Positions 44,925 through 54,936 of a stretch of 64,000 nucleotides of DNA are shown here, in pieces; positions within the stretch are counted from its first letter, which is position 1, and each line of letters opens with the position of its first letter. The stretch is taken from IMG/VR virus record IMGVR_UViG_3300019487_000030; one strand, given 5' to 3'. A model generated the notes under the pieces. It had not been told where the DNA came from, did not search any database, and saw nothing but the letters and a program-made list of their open reading frames with translations. A program made the position numbers and the translations under genes. The DNA comes from a virus.

Positions 44925-45655
44925 CCAAGCCCAAGCCCGAGAAGATTCTGCCGCGCCCTGACGACATCACGTACGAAGCCGTGCGCAATGCCGTCGTCAA
45001 GTACGCCGAGCAGCACGGCGGCAAGTACTGGCTCTCGACCAACCTTGTCATCGCGTTGATGAACGGCTGGGACGGCGACAGTACGTACAGCAGCAAGTCG
45101 TACCAGCGAGCGCTCGGCAAGCTACAGCAGCGGCCCGGTTACGACATCCACCAGCGTCCAACGTCGTCGCAGGCAACCGCGATCCGCAAGCAGCTCGACA
45201 AGCTCGTCGAGGAGAAGCTCGTCGAGAAGGAGCGTGGCCACACCGACGGCAACAACAGTTGGGGCTACCGCTGGATCACCGACGGGCTCAAGGCGCAGCG
45301 CGAGTTGCGTCGTGAGGTCGGCACGCAAGCTAAGGACATCGCTCGGCGGCTCTCGCTCGCGCTCGGTGGCGACGGTGAATCGGGCGTCACGCCGTTCATC
45401 ACGCCCGACGACGGTGTGGGTATCCGCGTGAACTTCTACGGAACAACTGCCGAGCGGCTGCTCGAAGTGATCCACATGGCTGGCGTCGGCCCCGACTTCT
45501 TCACCGGCAAGCATTGGGAGATTCTCACGTCGTCGGGCGAGGTCATGGGCTGTACCGCCGATCGCTCCGACGTGCGACGCGAAGAACCCGACGCCGCATT
45601 CCGCGAGGTCGCGCTCGAAAAGTGTCGTGGCTGCAAGGGAGGGCTCGACACATGA
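44921..45655 (+). CDS. hypothetical protein (possible wHTH)
   Basis: ATGA overlaps. Confidence 0.7.
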   Translation: MTKPKPEKILPRPDDITYEAVRNAVVKYAEQHGGKYWLSTNLVIALMNGWDGDSTYSSKSYQRALGKLQQRPGYDIHQRPTSSQATAIRKQLDKLVEEKLVEKERGHTDGNNSWGYRWITDGLKAQRELRREVGTQAKDIARRLSLALGGDGESGVTPFITPDDGVGIRVNFYGTTAERLLEVIHMAGVGPDFFTGKHWEILTSSGEVMGCTADRSDVRREEPDAAFREVALEKCRGCKGGLDT

Positions 45656-45918
45656 ACATCGGCATCGGTAACAACCGTTGGATCAAGTTCACGCGCGATG
45701 AGCACGGCGAATGGCGCGGTCGCGGCCACGGCTACCGGTTTCGCGTGACGCGCTCACGCGGCACCTACGGCTCACCGCAGTGGTCGTGTCGCGTGTTCCG
45801 CGACGGTGACGGCAAACCCGCGATCGCATCATGCAAGTTCCACAAGATGAAGTCTGCGATCCAGGAAGGCGCTCGCCTCGCCGATGTCGCGACCACGGAG
45901 TCGTCATGCCCTACGTAG
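45652..45918 (+). CDS. hypothetical protein
   Basis: operon packing. Confidence 0.6.
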   Translation: MNIGIGNNRWIKFTRDEHGEWRGRGHGYRFRVTRSRGTYGSPQWSCRVFRDGDGKPAIASCKFHKMKSAIQEGARLADVATTESSCPT

Positions 45919-46181
45919 ACATCGATTCACGCGACGGCACGTTCAAGATCACCGTCGTACCGCACGAAACTGCAGACGCGCGTATGCAGCAAGGCCACGA
46001 GGTCGCGTACGTCGAGGACGATGTCCACGCCGCATGGCTCAACCACGAGCACGAACGGGCCGCGTTCAACAAGCTCTGGATCCTGATCCAGAACGAAGTG
46101 CAGCACCGGAACGAAGTCTCCGAGCTGCGACACAAGATCCACATGCTGGAGAAGTACGGCCCGTCGAAAGGGAAGCCATGA
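45906..46181 (+). CDS. hypothetical protein
   Basis: GGAG RBS. Confidence 0.6.
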   Translation: MPYVDIDSRDGTFKITVVPHETADARMQQGHEVAYVEDDVHAAWLNHEHERAAFNKLWILIQNEVQHRNEVSELRHKIHMLEKYGPSKGKP

Positions 46182-46726
46182 GCCACCGACTGACCATCAC
46201 CTGCGAAGACTGCAAGGCCGCGATCGATCACCGCTGCAACGTCGATTTGCTGACAGCGATCGTCGATTTGCACACGTGGGGTCCCGAGCACGGCATGCCC
46301 GACTACATGATCCGCGAAGGCAAGCGCGCGCGGATGTTCAGCGAGGGCGACGAAGATGCGCCGTTCATGACCGAAGCGTTCCTGTACACGGCACTCGGCA
46401 AGGAAGACGCGCGCACGCTGCTCGCACTCGTCAACGCTGTGGTCGCCGCATGCGGACTCGATCAGATGGGCATCTACAAGGCCATCAACGAACGGCTCGA
46501 ATCGATCAAGGCCGAACGCGAACGTGCAGAGATTCAACGTCGTCGGGGACAACTGATTGCCGAGATCAGTCGCGCGAAGCCGGACGGCTTTGGCGTCGCC
46601 GAGGACGAGTGGCCGCTGCTGGCACACCTCGCGAAGTACCCCGAGCGCTACCAGATCGGCGAACCGTACGAGCGGGCGGGTCGCCTGTGGAAGAAGTTCA
46701 CCAACGTCGACAAGCGCGAGCGATGA
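46178..46726 (+). CDS. hypothetical protein
   Basis: ATGA overlap. Confidence 0.65.
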   Translation: MSHRLTITCEDCKAAIDHRCNVDLLTAIVDLHTWGPEHGMPDYMIREGKRARMFSEGDEDAPFMTEAFLYTALGKEDARTLLALVNAVVAACGLDQMGIYKAINERLESIKAERERAEIQRRRGQLIAEISRAKPDGFGVAEDEWPLLAHLAKYPERYQIGEPYERAGRLWKKFTNVDKRER

Positions 46727-47169
46727 CGCACAAGCACTATCCATACACCGAGATGTCGATCTCGGAGTCGTACAAGCGCGTCGGTCTCGTTCTGCGCGAT
46801 GTCGTGCACGAGCTGTCCCGCGAGCACAAGGTGCCGCTGACGTCGCGTGTCCTACTTCAGCTCGCACGCGGCATCGCGCTCAGCGCACAAGCCGCTCGGG
46901 TTGCACCAGCCCAGTTCGACAGTGAGAACGGTCGCGACGCGCTCTCGGCGATCGCACACGCGATGTCGCAACGCGAGTTGATCAAGCTCGCCGACAGCAA
47001 CATGACCATTCTCAGCAAACGGTGGTCGCAGGTCACCTACGTCGCGATTCTGGAGCTGTCGACGCCAGGCATGTCAGTTGCCGAACTGCGTCGCGTCGTC
47101 GACATCCAGGAAGACCCACCGCGCTCGCCATACACCAACAAACTCTTCGACAAGTGGATGCCCAAATGA
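46723..47169 (+). CDS. hypothetical protein
   Basis: ATGA overlap. Confidence 0.65.
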   Translation: MTHKHYPYTEMSISESYKRVGLVLRDVVHELSREHKVPLTSRVLLQLARGIALSAQAARVAPAQFDSENGRDALSAIAHAMSQRELIKLADSNMTILSKRWSQVTYVAILELSTPGMSVAELRRVVDIQEDPPRSPYTNKLFDKWMPK

Positions 47170-48896
47170 CGACTGAATCGACGACGACGATCGCACACTT
47201 CCGCATCGACGGTGCCGACCTCACGCGCATCATTCGCGAGCGCCTCTACGAAGACGCGCCCGGCCACGCGTGGCGCATCGCGACGTCGCTCGGCAGCAGC
47301 GATCCAAACAACCGCGAGAAGGGCGTCGCCGATGCTGCTCTCGGGATCCTGAACGGCACCCGCAAGCTCGTCGGCAACGAGAGCGACATGCGTGTGCTCA
47401 AGGAGCGCGCGAACGTCACCAAGAAGCACATGGAGCGCGTACGCGAGATCTACGCGGGTCGCATCCGCATCCGCGACCGATGGTACCGGCCGGTCGCGTA
47501 TGTCACCAACTGCGGTCCACGCGACATGAAGAACGACCACGGCGTGCCGGTGCGGCGCATCGGACCCAACAAGGGCTACTCGAATCGTGCCTGGCACTAC
47601 GCGGGCCGTGACGAGATCGTCGCCGAGTACACCGGCTATCCTGACCCCGAGCACCCGAGCATCAAGCGCGAAGTGATCTTCCGGCTGTGCGGCGAGCGTC
47701 CGCAGTGGATGACGGTACCGTTGACGCCACAGGCCGCGCTCGACGAGTACATCGAGACCGGCCACAGGCTCGAAGAACGTAGCCACACGAAGTGGTACGG
47801 CGACGACGTACCGCGCCACTGGAGCGACACATCCGACGGCTTCGACAGTTTCGACTCCGAGGCCGTCGATCGCGTCGTGCGCGAACGCGACGAGCTGAAG
47901 AAGGGCAACCTCGGCCCGATGAACGCGCGGCTCAATGCCGAGCTGGAACTCGCGCAGGAACTCGACGAGGACGATCGCCCCGAGGTCCAAGCGCTGCGCG
48001 ACGACCCGCAACGCGGGATCATCGAGCGCGCTCGCGCTGTCGGTCCCGGCGTCGGTGTGATGGCCGAGCTGCTCGCTGAGGCCGATCCTGTCGCATTCGC
48101 GTCGATCAAGCCCGCGACGACGTACGAGCAGGAGCTGGAGCGTCTGCGCGACGAGGAACGCCTTGCACAAGAGATCACCGACGAGGGTGACCGCGAGGCT
48201 GCCGAAGAAGCCATCGACCGCGAGCGCGAAGCGCTCCGACTCAAGCGGCTCGGGCAGCTCCGCGAGCAGATCCTGAAGCAAGCGGGCAACGACCTGCTCG
48301 ACCTCGCCTGGCCTGCAACAGAGCGCGTCGAGGCTGGCAACGTGAAAGTTCCGCGCGCGCCGTTCCTGCACTGGGCATTCGCGCGCATGAAGATGTTCGA
48401 GGCGCAGCTACCGCCGTGGCAGACGATCAGCCCGATCGGCCTCAAGATGATCAACGACGACCCGTTCCACACCGACTGGGTGATCGGCGCCGGACTCGAT
48501 CCGGACGATCGCTCGCTGCTCTACTACCCGGGACCGGTCGGCGATGCTGCGATGCAGCTCGCGCACGACCTGCAGGACAAGTTCGACGAGCCGTCCGATG
48601 TTCATGTACTCGTCGACGGTCCGTACGCGAGCGGAACGGTCTATCACGGTCGCAAGAAGAAGCCTTCGCCCGACGGCGCGATCGTCGTACTGCCGAACCT
48701 GCACCCCGACTACCTCGAAGCGATCACCGACGCTGCCGCTGTCATTACCGAGGAAGGCGGCGCTGTCGCGCATCTGGCTAACGTCAGCCGCGAGCGGAAT
48801 CTGCCGATCGTTCGGATCGCGGGCGCCCTCGAACGTTTCAATCCCGGCGACGAGGTCAGCGTCGATACAGCGACGCGCACGGTGCGGGGGTTCTGA
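47166..48896 (+). CDS. large protein with C-terminal PEP-utilizer (phosphohistidine swivel) domain
   Basis: AVITEEGGAVAHLANVSRERNLPIV. Confidence 0.78.
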   Translation: MTTESTTTIAHFRIDGADLTRIIRERLYEDAPGHAWRIATSLGSSDPNNREKGVADAALGILNGTRKLVGNESDMRVLKERANVTKKHMERVREIYAGRIRIRDRWYRPVAYVTNCGPRDMKNDHGVPVRRIGPNKGYSNRAWHYAGRDEIVAEYTGYPDPEHPSIKREVIFRLCGERPQWMTVPLTPQAALDEYIETGHRLEERSHTKWYGDDVPRHWSDTSDGFDSFDSEAVDRVVRERDELKKGNLGPMNARLNAELELAQELDEDDRPEVQALRDDPQRGIIERARAVGPGVGVMAELLAEADPVAFASIKPATTYEQELERLRDEERLAQEITDEGDREAAEEAIDREREALRLKRLGQLREQILKQAGNDLLDLAWPATERVEAGNVKVPRAPFLHWAFARMKMFEAQLPPWQTISPIGLKMINDDPFHTDWVIGAGLDPDDRSLLYYPGPVGDAAMQLAHDLQDKFDEPSDVHVLVDGPYASGTVYHGRKKKPSPDGAIVVLPNLHPDYLEAITDAAAVITEEGGAVAHLANVSRERNLPIVRIAGALERFNPGDEVSVDTATRTVRGF

Positions 48897-49483
48897 TGTC
48901 GTTCGATCGCGGAAATCTAAATCCGAGGCGGCACAACGTCGCGTGGAAATCTCGTGTCAACGCGGCGAACTTCGCTGCAGATGTCGCTGGGCTCTGTTTG
49001 CAACGCTTTCCAAGCTCGGATGCAGAACTCGATCTAACGCTCGCTGTCGATTTTCTTGCGTTGTCACGTCAACTCGCGTCGCGCAATTGCACATTCACAC
49101 GTTGCACAGTTGATCGAGCCGCTGCAGTACATTGGCTACAAGTCGTTAGGCCATTGCATGACCAGTTCGACGCTTGGTCGGAGCAACTGAAGTCACAACC
49201 TGCGCGGGCACTGCACCGTGTAATCGATACAGCCTATGACCTTTACTTCCGTGACGACAAGAAGACCCCGGCAATTGCGAACAACGCCGGTCGCTGGGTG
49301 TATACGTGGGCGCTTTATACAAACGCGATCGCCGAAGCTGAGATCGAGCAATTAGAGATCCGGCATCGTATCGCTGATCGTGTTACGCCGCCGTCGGACA
49401 ACTGTCGGCAAGCGTTCGAGGCAGTGTGGGCGCTTGGTAAGTTCCGCGACGCAATCAAGCTCCTGCACCGGAAAGAACGCTGA
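48896..49483 (+). CDS. hypothetical protein, atypical codon usage
   Basis: TGATG overlaps at both ends; more A/T-ending codons. Confidence 0.6.
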   Translation: MSFDRGNLNPRRHNVAWKSRVNAANFAADVAGLCLQRFPSSDAELDLTLAVDFLALSRQLASRNCTFTRCTVDRAAAVHWLQVVRPLHDQFDAWSEQLKSQPARALHRVIDTAYDLYFRDDKKTPAIANNAGRWVYTWALYTNAIAEAEIEQLEIRHRIADRVTPPSDNCRQAFEAVWALGKFRDAIKLLHRKER

Positions 49484-49635
49484 TGAACTGGATCGCGATC
49501 ATCTGCTGGCGGCAGACCTACGACCCGCACGGCCGCATGTCAGATCTGCAACGTACGATCGTCGAGTCGGCGCTGATGCGCGGCGATACGCGCACCGCCA
49601 AGATCCGCATGCGCGATTGGAAGATCATCCCATGA
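49483..49635 (+). CDS. hypothetical protein (50 aa)
   Basis: manual translation; overlaps at both ends. Confidence 0.5.
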   Translation: MNWIAIICWRQTYDPHGRMSDLQRTIVESALMRGDTRTAKIRMRDWKIIP

Positions 49636-49925
49636 CCCTCGACGAGATGAAGCTGCTCTACACGAAGACGATGGGTGCCGTCGCACGCATGGACCTGACG
49701 ACGTCGAAGACGTTCACGTTGCGTGTGTGGGACGGCATGGACGGCGTCTGGTGTGACGTCGTCGCGAACGTCGAACTCGGATTCGCGTTGCGCGAGTGGT
49801 GCAAGCACACCGCCGACGGCACGAAGGCGACGAAGTACGACGACATCGACTACTACAAGATCTTCTCGGCTGACGTGCACATGCTGTTCAGCGACGACTT
49901 CACGATGCGCGGAGATGACGAATGA
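49632..49925 (+). CDS. hypothetical protein
   Basis: ATGA overlap. Confidence 0.65.
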   Translation: MTLDEMKLLYTKTMGAVARMDLTTSKTFTLRVWDGMDGVWCDVVANVELGFALREWCKHTADGTKATKYDDIDYYKIFSADVHMLFSDDFTMRGDDE

Positions 49926-50767
49926 AGATCATCAAGGGCTACGTCAACTGGATGGAAGGCCGCGCGAATCGTCCGAACATCTACCTGCTCGTCGATACGA
50001 TCCCGACGCTCGAAGAGATGCGGTTCCGACTGCACGACAAGGGCGGCACGATCGACGGTGGGCTCTACTTCGCCGAGAACGACGGCTACTGCCGGTTCTT
50101 CTCGCACCACGGCAAGGGTAACGGCGGCGGCTTCGGCGGTCGGAGCTTCGACCTCACGATGATCGACGGCACGCCCAAGATGATCGTCGGTCCGTGGTCC
50201 TCGAACGCAGGCGAGATCAACGAGCGCGGCTTCGGGCCGTGCACCGAGGTCTACCTGACGACGGAGCCCGAGGCGTTCGAGCGCGGACACACGTTTGGGG
50301 CTGGCGCCATCACGCTTGCGAAGCTGCGCGAAGCAGCCGATCTGATCGCGGTTGGGACTGGGTACACGTGGCGTCCCGGCGCGCCGTACGCAGCCGAGGT
50401 CGTGTTCCCACCTGGTTCGCGGTTCGCGCTCGCCTGCAACGGGCACGTCAGGACGTCGCATCGCGAAGGTCGCGAGGACAAGTTCGTCGCGCGCCCGGAG
50501 GTCTTCCCCGACGGTGTTCTGATCGAGAACATCCGCGAGGCGATCAGTGCGGCGCTCGCGCTCGACGGTCACACGCACCGCTCGGCGTGGGTCCAGAACA
50601 CGCCCGCTGGGCGCCCGATCGGCCACGATCTGGCCTACGAGATCGGCGAGCGCTACCGCCGCCACGTTCCGTTCGACCCGATCGACACGCTCCTGGCGTT
50701 GTCAAGCTACGAGGCCGCGGTTCAGTTTCCCGACGGAGAATACTGGGTCAAGCCGGCGACGACCTGA
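49922..50767 (+). CDS. hypothetical protein
   Basis: ATGA overlap; typical codons. Confidence 0.7.
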   Translation: MKIIKGYVNWMEGRANRPNIYLLVDTIPTLEEMRFRLHDKGGTIDGGLYFAENDGYCRFFSHHGKGNGGGFGGRSFDLTMIDGTPKMIVGPWSSNAGEINERGFGPCTEVYLTTEPEAFERGHTFGAGAITLAKLREAADLIAVGTGYTWRPGAPYAAEVVFPPGSRFALACNGHVRTSHREGREDKFVARPEVFPDGVLIENIREAISAALALDGHTHRSAWVQNTPAGRPIGHDLAYEIGERYRRHVPFDPIDTLLALSSYEAAVQFPDGEYWVKPATT

Positions 50768-50771
50768 GGGC

Positions 50772-50822
50772 GATCGCTCTTGCGATAATACTCTTGACAA
50801 GTCCCAGCAGCGATCGTACAAC
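50772..50822 (+). promoter_or_regulatory. palindrome (1 mismatch) adjoining a sigma70-like promoter
   Basis: GATCGCTCTTGCGATA then TTGACA-N17-TACAAC. Confidence 0.7.
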
Positions 50823-50874
50823 CGTCTGGTAACGATCGCTCACACGATCAAGAGCACCAGGGAGCAAGAGAAAC

Positions 50875-51957
50875 ATGGCACTGTCATTCGCCCAAGCCAA
50901 GAAGGCCCTCATCGCGTGCGTCGAGGCCGGAATCACGCCGTTGCTCGTCGGGCCGCCCGGCGTCGGCAAGACCGCGCTCATGCGCGTCGTCTCGGCCGAG
51001 GTCAACAAGCCCTGCCACGAGCTGCTCGCGTCCAACTGCGATGCGGTCGACATCGCGGGCCTGCCCTACGTCGTCGACGGCGTGCTGAAGCGGGCGCTGA
51101 TCCAGCAGATCAAGGCCTGCGTCGATGCTCCGGGCATCCTGTTCCTCGACGAGCTGACGAGCGTCCCGCCGAGCGTTCAGGCCCCGCTGATGCGGCTTCT
51201 TTTGGAGCACGTCGCGGGTAATGATCGCCTGCACCCGGAGAGCTGTGTCGTCGGCGCCGCGAACCGTCCCGAGGAGTGCCCCGGCGGTATCGAGATGTCG
51301 GCCGCGAGCATCAACCGCGTCATCAAGCTGATCGACTACATCCCGACGGTCGACGAGCTGCGCGGCTTCTACGAGACCGTTGGTGCCGAGGGCACGCGGC
51401 TCCACGAGGAGTTCCTCGACTTCTCCGCGACGCTCACGGTCAACGCAGATCTGCTCGACATGAGCCCGCCCCGAGCGTCGATCGATGCCGGTCAGCCGTT
51501 CGGCTCGCCGCGTGCGTGGGAGCGCGGAATCCGCGCGTACGCCCACTACTGCGACAAGGCCAACATCGGCTTCAACGTCGGCAAGGACGAGGACGACGTC
51601 GGCTACGCCATTCTCGGCGGTGCTGTCGGCGAGCACAAGGCGAGCATGTTCCTCGGCATCCGCAAGCTCCGCAAGTACCTGCCCTCGATCGACGAGATCA
51701 TCGCGGATCCGGTCAAGGCGAAGGTGCCCGAGCAGAAGGATCGCCAGATCGCGGCCGTCGGCCTGCTCTCGCGCGTTGCCGAGAAGGATCTCTGGTGTGC
51801 GTGGCTCTACACCGAGCGCCTGCTGCCCGAGATCAGCGCGGCTTGCGCACGCGTGCTCATGACCCGCCAGGGCACGCCGGGGTCGAGCAAGTTCTTCCAG
51901 GCGGGCAAGAAGGCCCAGATCGACGCGCTCGCCAAGGTGCGTCGGGCGATGCAGTAA
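50875..51957 (+). CDS. MoxR-like AAA+ ATPase
   Basis: GPPGVGKT, LFLDEL, GAANRPE, SINR, SPRAWE. Confidence 0.88.
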   Translation: MALSFAQAKKALIACVEAGITPLLVGPPGVGKTALMRVVSAEVNKPCHELLASNCDAVDIAGLPYVVDGVLKRALIQQIKACVDAPGILFLDELTSVPPSVQAPLMRLLLEHVAGNDRLHPESCVVGAANRPEECPGGIEMSAASINRVIKLIDYIPTVDELRGFYETVGAEGTRLHEEFLDFSATLTVNADLLDMSPPRASIDAGQPFGSPRAWERGIRAYAHYCDKANIGFNVGKDEDDVGYAILGGAVGEHKASMFLGIRKLRKYLPSIDEIIADPVKAKVPEQKDRQIAAVGLLSRVAEKDLWCAWLYTERLLPEISAACARVLMTRQGTPGSSKFFQAGKKAQIDALAKVRRAMQ

Positions 51958-51993
51958 CATCCGAAGCAGCACACGACGTCGAGGACAACGAAC

Positions 51994-53283
51994 ATGGCAC
52001 GCTCCAGCAACAATTCAGCCGAGCCTCAGACCAACGGGCATCGTCGCATCGATCCGGACGTCGCTGCTGCGCTCGTCAAGCGCTGCAAGGCGCAGGCGAT
52101 GTCGCTCGGCTGGAAGTCGCCGTTCTTCCTGCCTGCGATCGCACGCATCGAATTTGTCGCCGCGCACTTTCCACCGACGGCGTGTGTCGACCTCCGCGGA
52201 CGCATCCGTGTCAACCCGGAGTTCGCGGCGTCGCTCAAGGACACCGAGCTGCAGTTCGTGATCGCGCACGAGCTGATGCACCTGCTGATGCTCCACCACG
52301 ACCGCCGCGCGAACCGCGACCCGGTGCGCTGGAACATCGCGACCGACCTGATCATCAACCGCACGCTCAAGAACGCGTCGGCGGCGATGGGTGCGGGTGC
52401 GTTCACGATGCCGTCGGTCGGGATCATCGCCGACGAGAGCCAGGCCGAGATGACGGCCGAGCAGCTCTACAGCGAGGTCCCCGAGCCGAGCGCCCAGCAG
52501 CGCGCACAGGCGGCTGCAGGCACGACGCCGGTCGGCGCCGGCTGTGGCCCCACGCCCGGCGACCAGGATGGCGAGGACGGCCAGGACGGCCAGGACGGCC
52601 GGGGCGGCAAGTCCGACGATCAGCTCAAGCGCGAGTGGCGCGAGTGCGCAGCGCAGAGCCAGATGTCGGGCCGCCAGGCGGGCACGCAGGACGGCAACCT
52701 GCTCGCCGATCTGCTCGACATCCCGCCTCCGAAGGTCCGTTGGGCCGAGGTGCTCCGCGGCGCACTGCACCGCGCGATCGCCGAGGCTGGCCGCGACGAC
52801 GTCTCGTGGTCGCGGCGCTCGCGCCGGAGCGGCACCGACATCATCCTGCCTGGCGGCATCACGTACCGCTGCAAGGCGGCCGTCGTGATCGACACGTCGG
52901 GCTCGATGTCCGACGAGGACTTGAGCCGCTGCGTCGCCGAGACCACGGCCATCGTCAACAACTGCCGCGTGCCGGTGTTCCTCGTCGTCCACGACCACTG
53001 CGTGCAGGAAGCCGCCTGGATTCGTCCCGGCGCGCGTAACGTGGTCCACGCGAACATCAAGAAGAAGATGAAGGGACGTGGCGGTACGAGCTTCGACGAA
53101 GCCTACAACCGCGTCGAGAAGGAACCGGGCAAGTTCAACGTCATGGTCCACCTCACCGACGGTGAGGTCTATGACTGGCCCGAACGTCCGAGTAGCGTTC
53201 GCCGCCTCGTGGTGGCCCTGCTGGGGTCCGCGAACGAGACGCACGCCCCCGCGGACGCGCGTATCATCGAAGTCGAGCTGTGA
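51994..53283 (+). CDS. HExxH metallopeptidase-like + vWA domain protein (DUF2201-like)
   Basis: IAHELMH, WNIATDLIIN, DTSGS, GRGGTSF, LTDG. Confidence 0.88.
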   Translation: MARSSNNSAEPQTNGHRRIDPDVAAALVKRCKAQAMSLGWKSPFFLPAIARIEFVAAHFPPTACVDLRGRIRVNPEFAASLKDTELQFVIAHELMHLLMLHHDRRANRDPVRWNIATDLIINRTLKNASAAMGAGAFTMPSVGIIADESQAEMTAEQLYSEVPEPSAQQRAQAAAGTTPVGAGCGPTPGDQDGEDGQDGQDGRGGKSDDQLKREWRECAAQSQMSGRQAGTQDGNLLADLLDIPPPKVRWAEVLRGALHRAIAEAGRDDVSWSRRSRRSGTDIILPGGITYRCKAAVVIDTSGSMSDEDLSRCVAETTAIVNNCRVPVFLVVHDHCVQEAAWIRPGARNVVHANIKKKMKGRGGTSFDEAYNRVEKEPGKFNVMVHLTDGEVYDWPERPSSVRRLVVALLGSANETHAPADARIIEVEL

Positions 53284-53326
53284 CTCTGGCGCACGCCAGC
53301 GTCTGTGACTACTAGGGAGAAGAGCC

Positions 53327-54157
53327 ATGAGCAAGACGAGCAAGCAGAAGGTCAGCAAGAAGTCCGAGGGCGTTTTCCATTTCCGGCCGGGGTGGATGGT
53401 CGTCGACTGTTCATCGGCCACGGGCGGCATTCGCTACGACCGCGAGCTGCTCGGTGAGGAGCCGATCAACCGCAAGCGCGGTCTGCAGGTCGACCACAAG
53501 ACCCGCAAGACCGTCGACAACGTCGAGTTCTGCGCAGCGGTCGACGCCGTCGTGAAGAAGGTCGACTACGTACTGCGCAAGCACTGCGCGCGGACGGACA
53601 TGGGCTGGTTCGCCGACGACAGCGTGCTCCACAAGATCAAGGCCGAAGTCGCCGAGATCGAGCGCGAGGCACACGAGCTGAACACGGTCGGCGCGAAGAA
53701 GGCCAAGAGTGCGCGCCAGGCGAAGATCCGCGTGGTGCCGCTCAAGCTCGACCTCGCCAAGCCCGAGGCCGTGCAGGAGATCGCCGGCACGATCCGCAGC
53801 GTGCTGATCGAGCTGCGCGACGCGCTCAAGACCGGCAACCTCGCCGATCTGCACAAGCTCCGCATCCGTTCGCGCAACCTGGAGAAGCTCGCGGTCGGCT
53901 TCCAGAGCGACGCGATCAAGTTCGCATTGGAGCGCGTGCCGCTCGCTGCCGCCGAGATCCGCGAGGCAGTGAAGAACGCGACGCGCGCTACGAAGAACGA
54001 CGGCGAGGACAAGGACAGGATCGCCGAGGTCGGCGAGATCACCGCGAAGCGCGCGGGCGGTAAGGTCGACGTCGAGTCGATCGAGGCTGCGATCGCCCAC
54101 TTCGAGGCGTCGCCGCTCGCCGGAACCGACAGCAACGACGTCGACGAAGCGGCGTAA
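53327..54157 (+). CDS. helical hypothetical protein associated with the MoxR-vWA module
   Basis: AGGGAG RBS; position typical of DUF3150-like partners (family unverified). Confidence 0.7.
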   Translation: MSKTSKQKVSKKSEGVFHFRPGWMVVDCSSATGGIRYDRELLGEEPINRKRGLQVDHKTRKTVDNVEFCAAVDAVVKKVDYVLRKHCARTDMGWFADDSVLHKIKAEVAEIEREAHELNTVGAKKAKSARQAKIRVVPLKLDLAKPEAVQEIAGTIRSVLIELRDALKTGNLADLHKLRIRSRNLEKLAVGFQSDAIKFALERVPLAAAEIREAVKNATRATKNDGEDKDRIAEVGEITAKRAGGKVDVESIEAAIAHFEASPLAGTDSNDVDEAA

Positions 54158-54239
54158 GCCGCGACGTCGTAGGGGATGGTCAGCCAGGCAGATCCCGTTG
54201 CGGTTGGTGCACACAGCGGACGGGCGATAGGCAACTCCC

Positions 54240-54280
54240 TGAACCACGGCGGCCTGCCACGTGCCAGTGGTTCACCTTTT
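54240..54280 (+). terminator. probable terminator
   Basis: TGAACCAC...GTGGTTCA stem then CCTTTT. Confidence 0.5.
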
Positions 54281-54295
54281 CTTCTGGGGGCGATC

Positions 54296-54640
54296 GTGAG
54301 CGACGAAGAACCACAACAGGGCGCCTGGCTTCAGGACGCGATCAAGAACGCGAAGCGGAGCGCGTTGCCGATCCTGCTCGCCGACTTCGACATGAGCGGC
54401 GATCCGGAGAACCCGATGGACATGGAGTCGTACGTCGACGCCATCGAGCTTGCGCTCATGGCCGTCACGGGCGACGTCACCGAGGCCAAGCTGCGCGCAG
54501 CGCTCCGGCCGATCGCCGAGATGTTCGCCGAGCCGATCGGCGCCGACTGGGTGAAGGTCGCAGACGCGATCATCGGTACGCTCGAATGGGCACCGCCGGA
54601 CAAGAAGGCGCACGTGCTCGACTCGTGGGGTGGACGGTGA
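54296..54640 (+). CDS. hypothetical protein
   Basis: GTG start. Confidence 0.65.
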   Translation: MSDEEPQQGAWLQDAIKNAKRSALPILLADFDMSGDPENPMDMESYVDAIELALMAVTGDVTEAKLRAALRPIAEMFAEPIGADWVKVADAIIGTLEWAPPDKKAHVLDSWGGR

Positions 54641-54936
54641 GCACCGAGGAAGCACCCTCCGATCGCTTGCTCGACGAGATGCGCGCGGTCCGTGTCACGC
54701 TCCAGTACTTCGAGCACTGGCTGTCGGCCGGCCAGTTCGCGTACGTCGACGAGCTGCTGCAGAGCTTTCCTGTCGAAGCCGCAACGCCCGCGACGTCGCT
54801 GACCGTCCTGACCATCACGTTCCACGGTAAGGCTCACCTCAAGCACCGCGAAGCGTTCCTCGCACGTGTCGCCGATAAGCTCGCTACGGCATTCGGCACC
54901 GAGCGTGCCGAGCGACTGCTGGAGCACCGTCGATGA
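54637..54936 (+). CDS. hypothetical protein
   Basis: GTGA overlap. Confidence 0.65.
   Translation: MSTEEAPSDRLLDEMRAVRVTLQYFEHWLSAGQFAYVDELLQSFPVEAATPATSLTVLTITFHGKAHLKHREAFLARVADKLATAFGTERAERLLEHRR

Noticed and set aside
52560-52605. GGCCAGGAC tandem repeat
   Set aside because: It encodes the acidic Gly-rich linker (DGQDGQDG) usual in this peptidase-vWA family.
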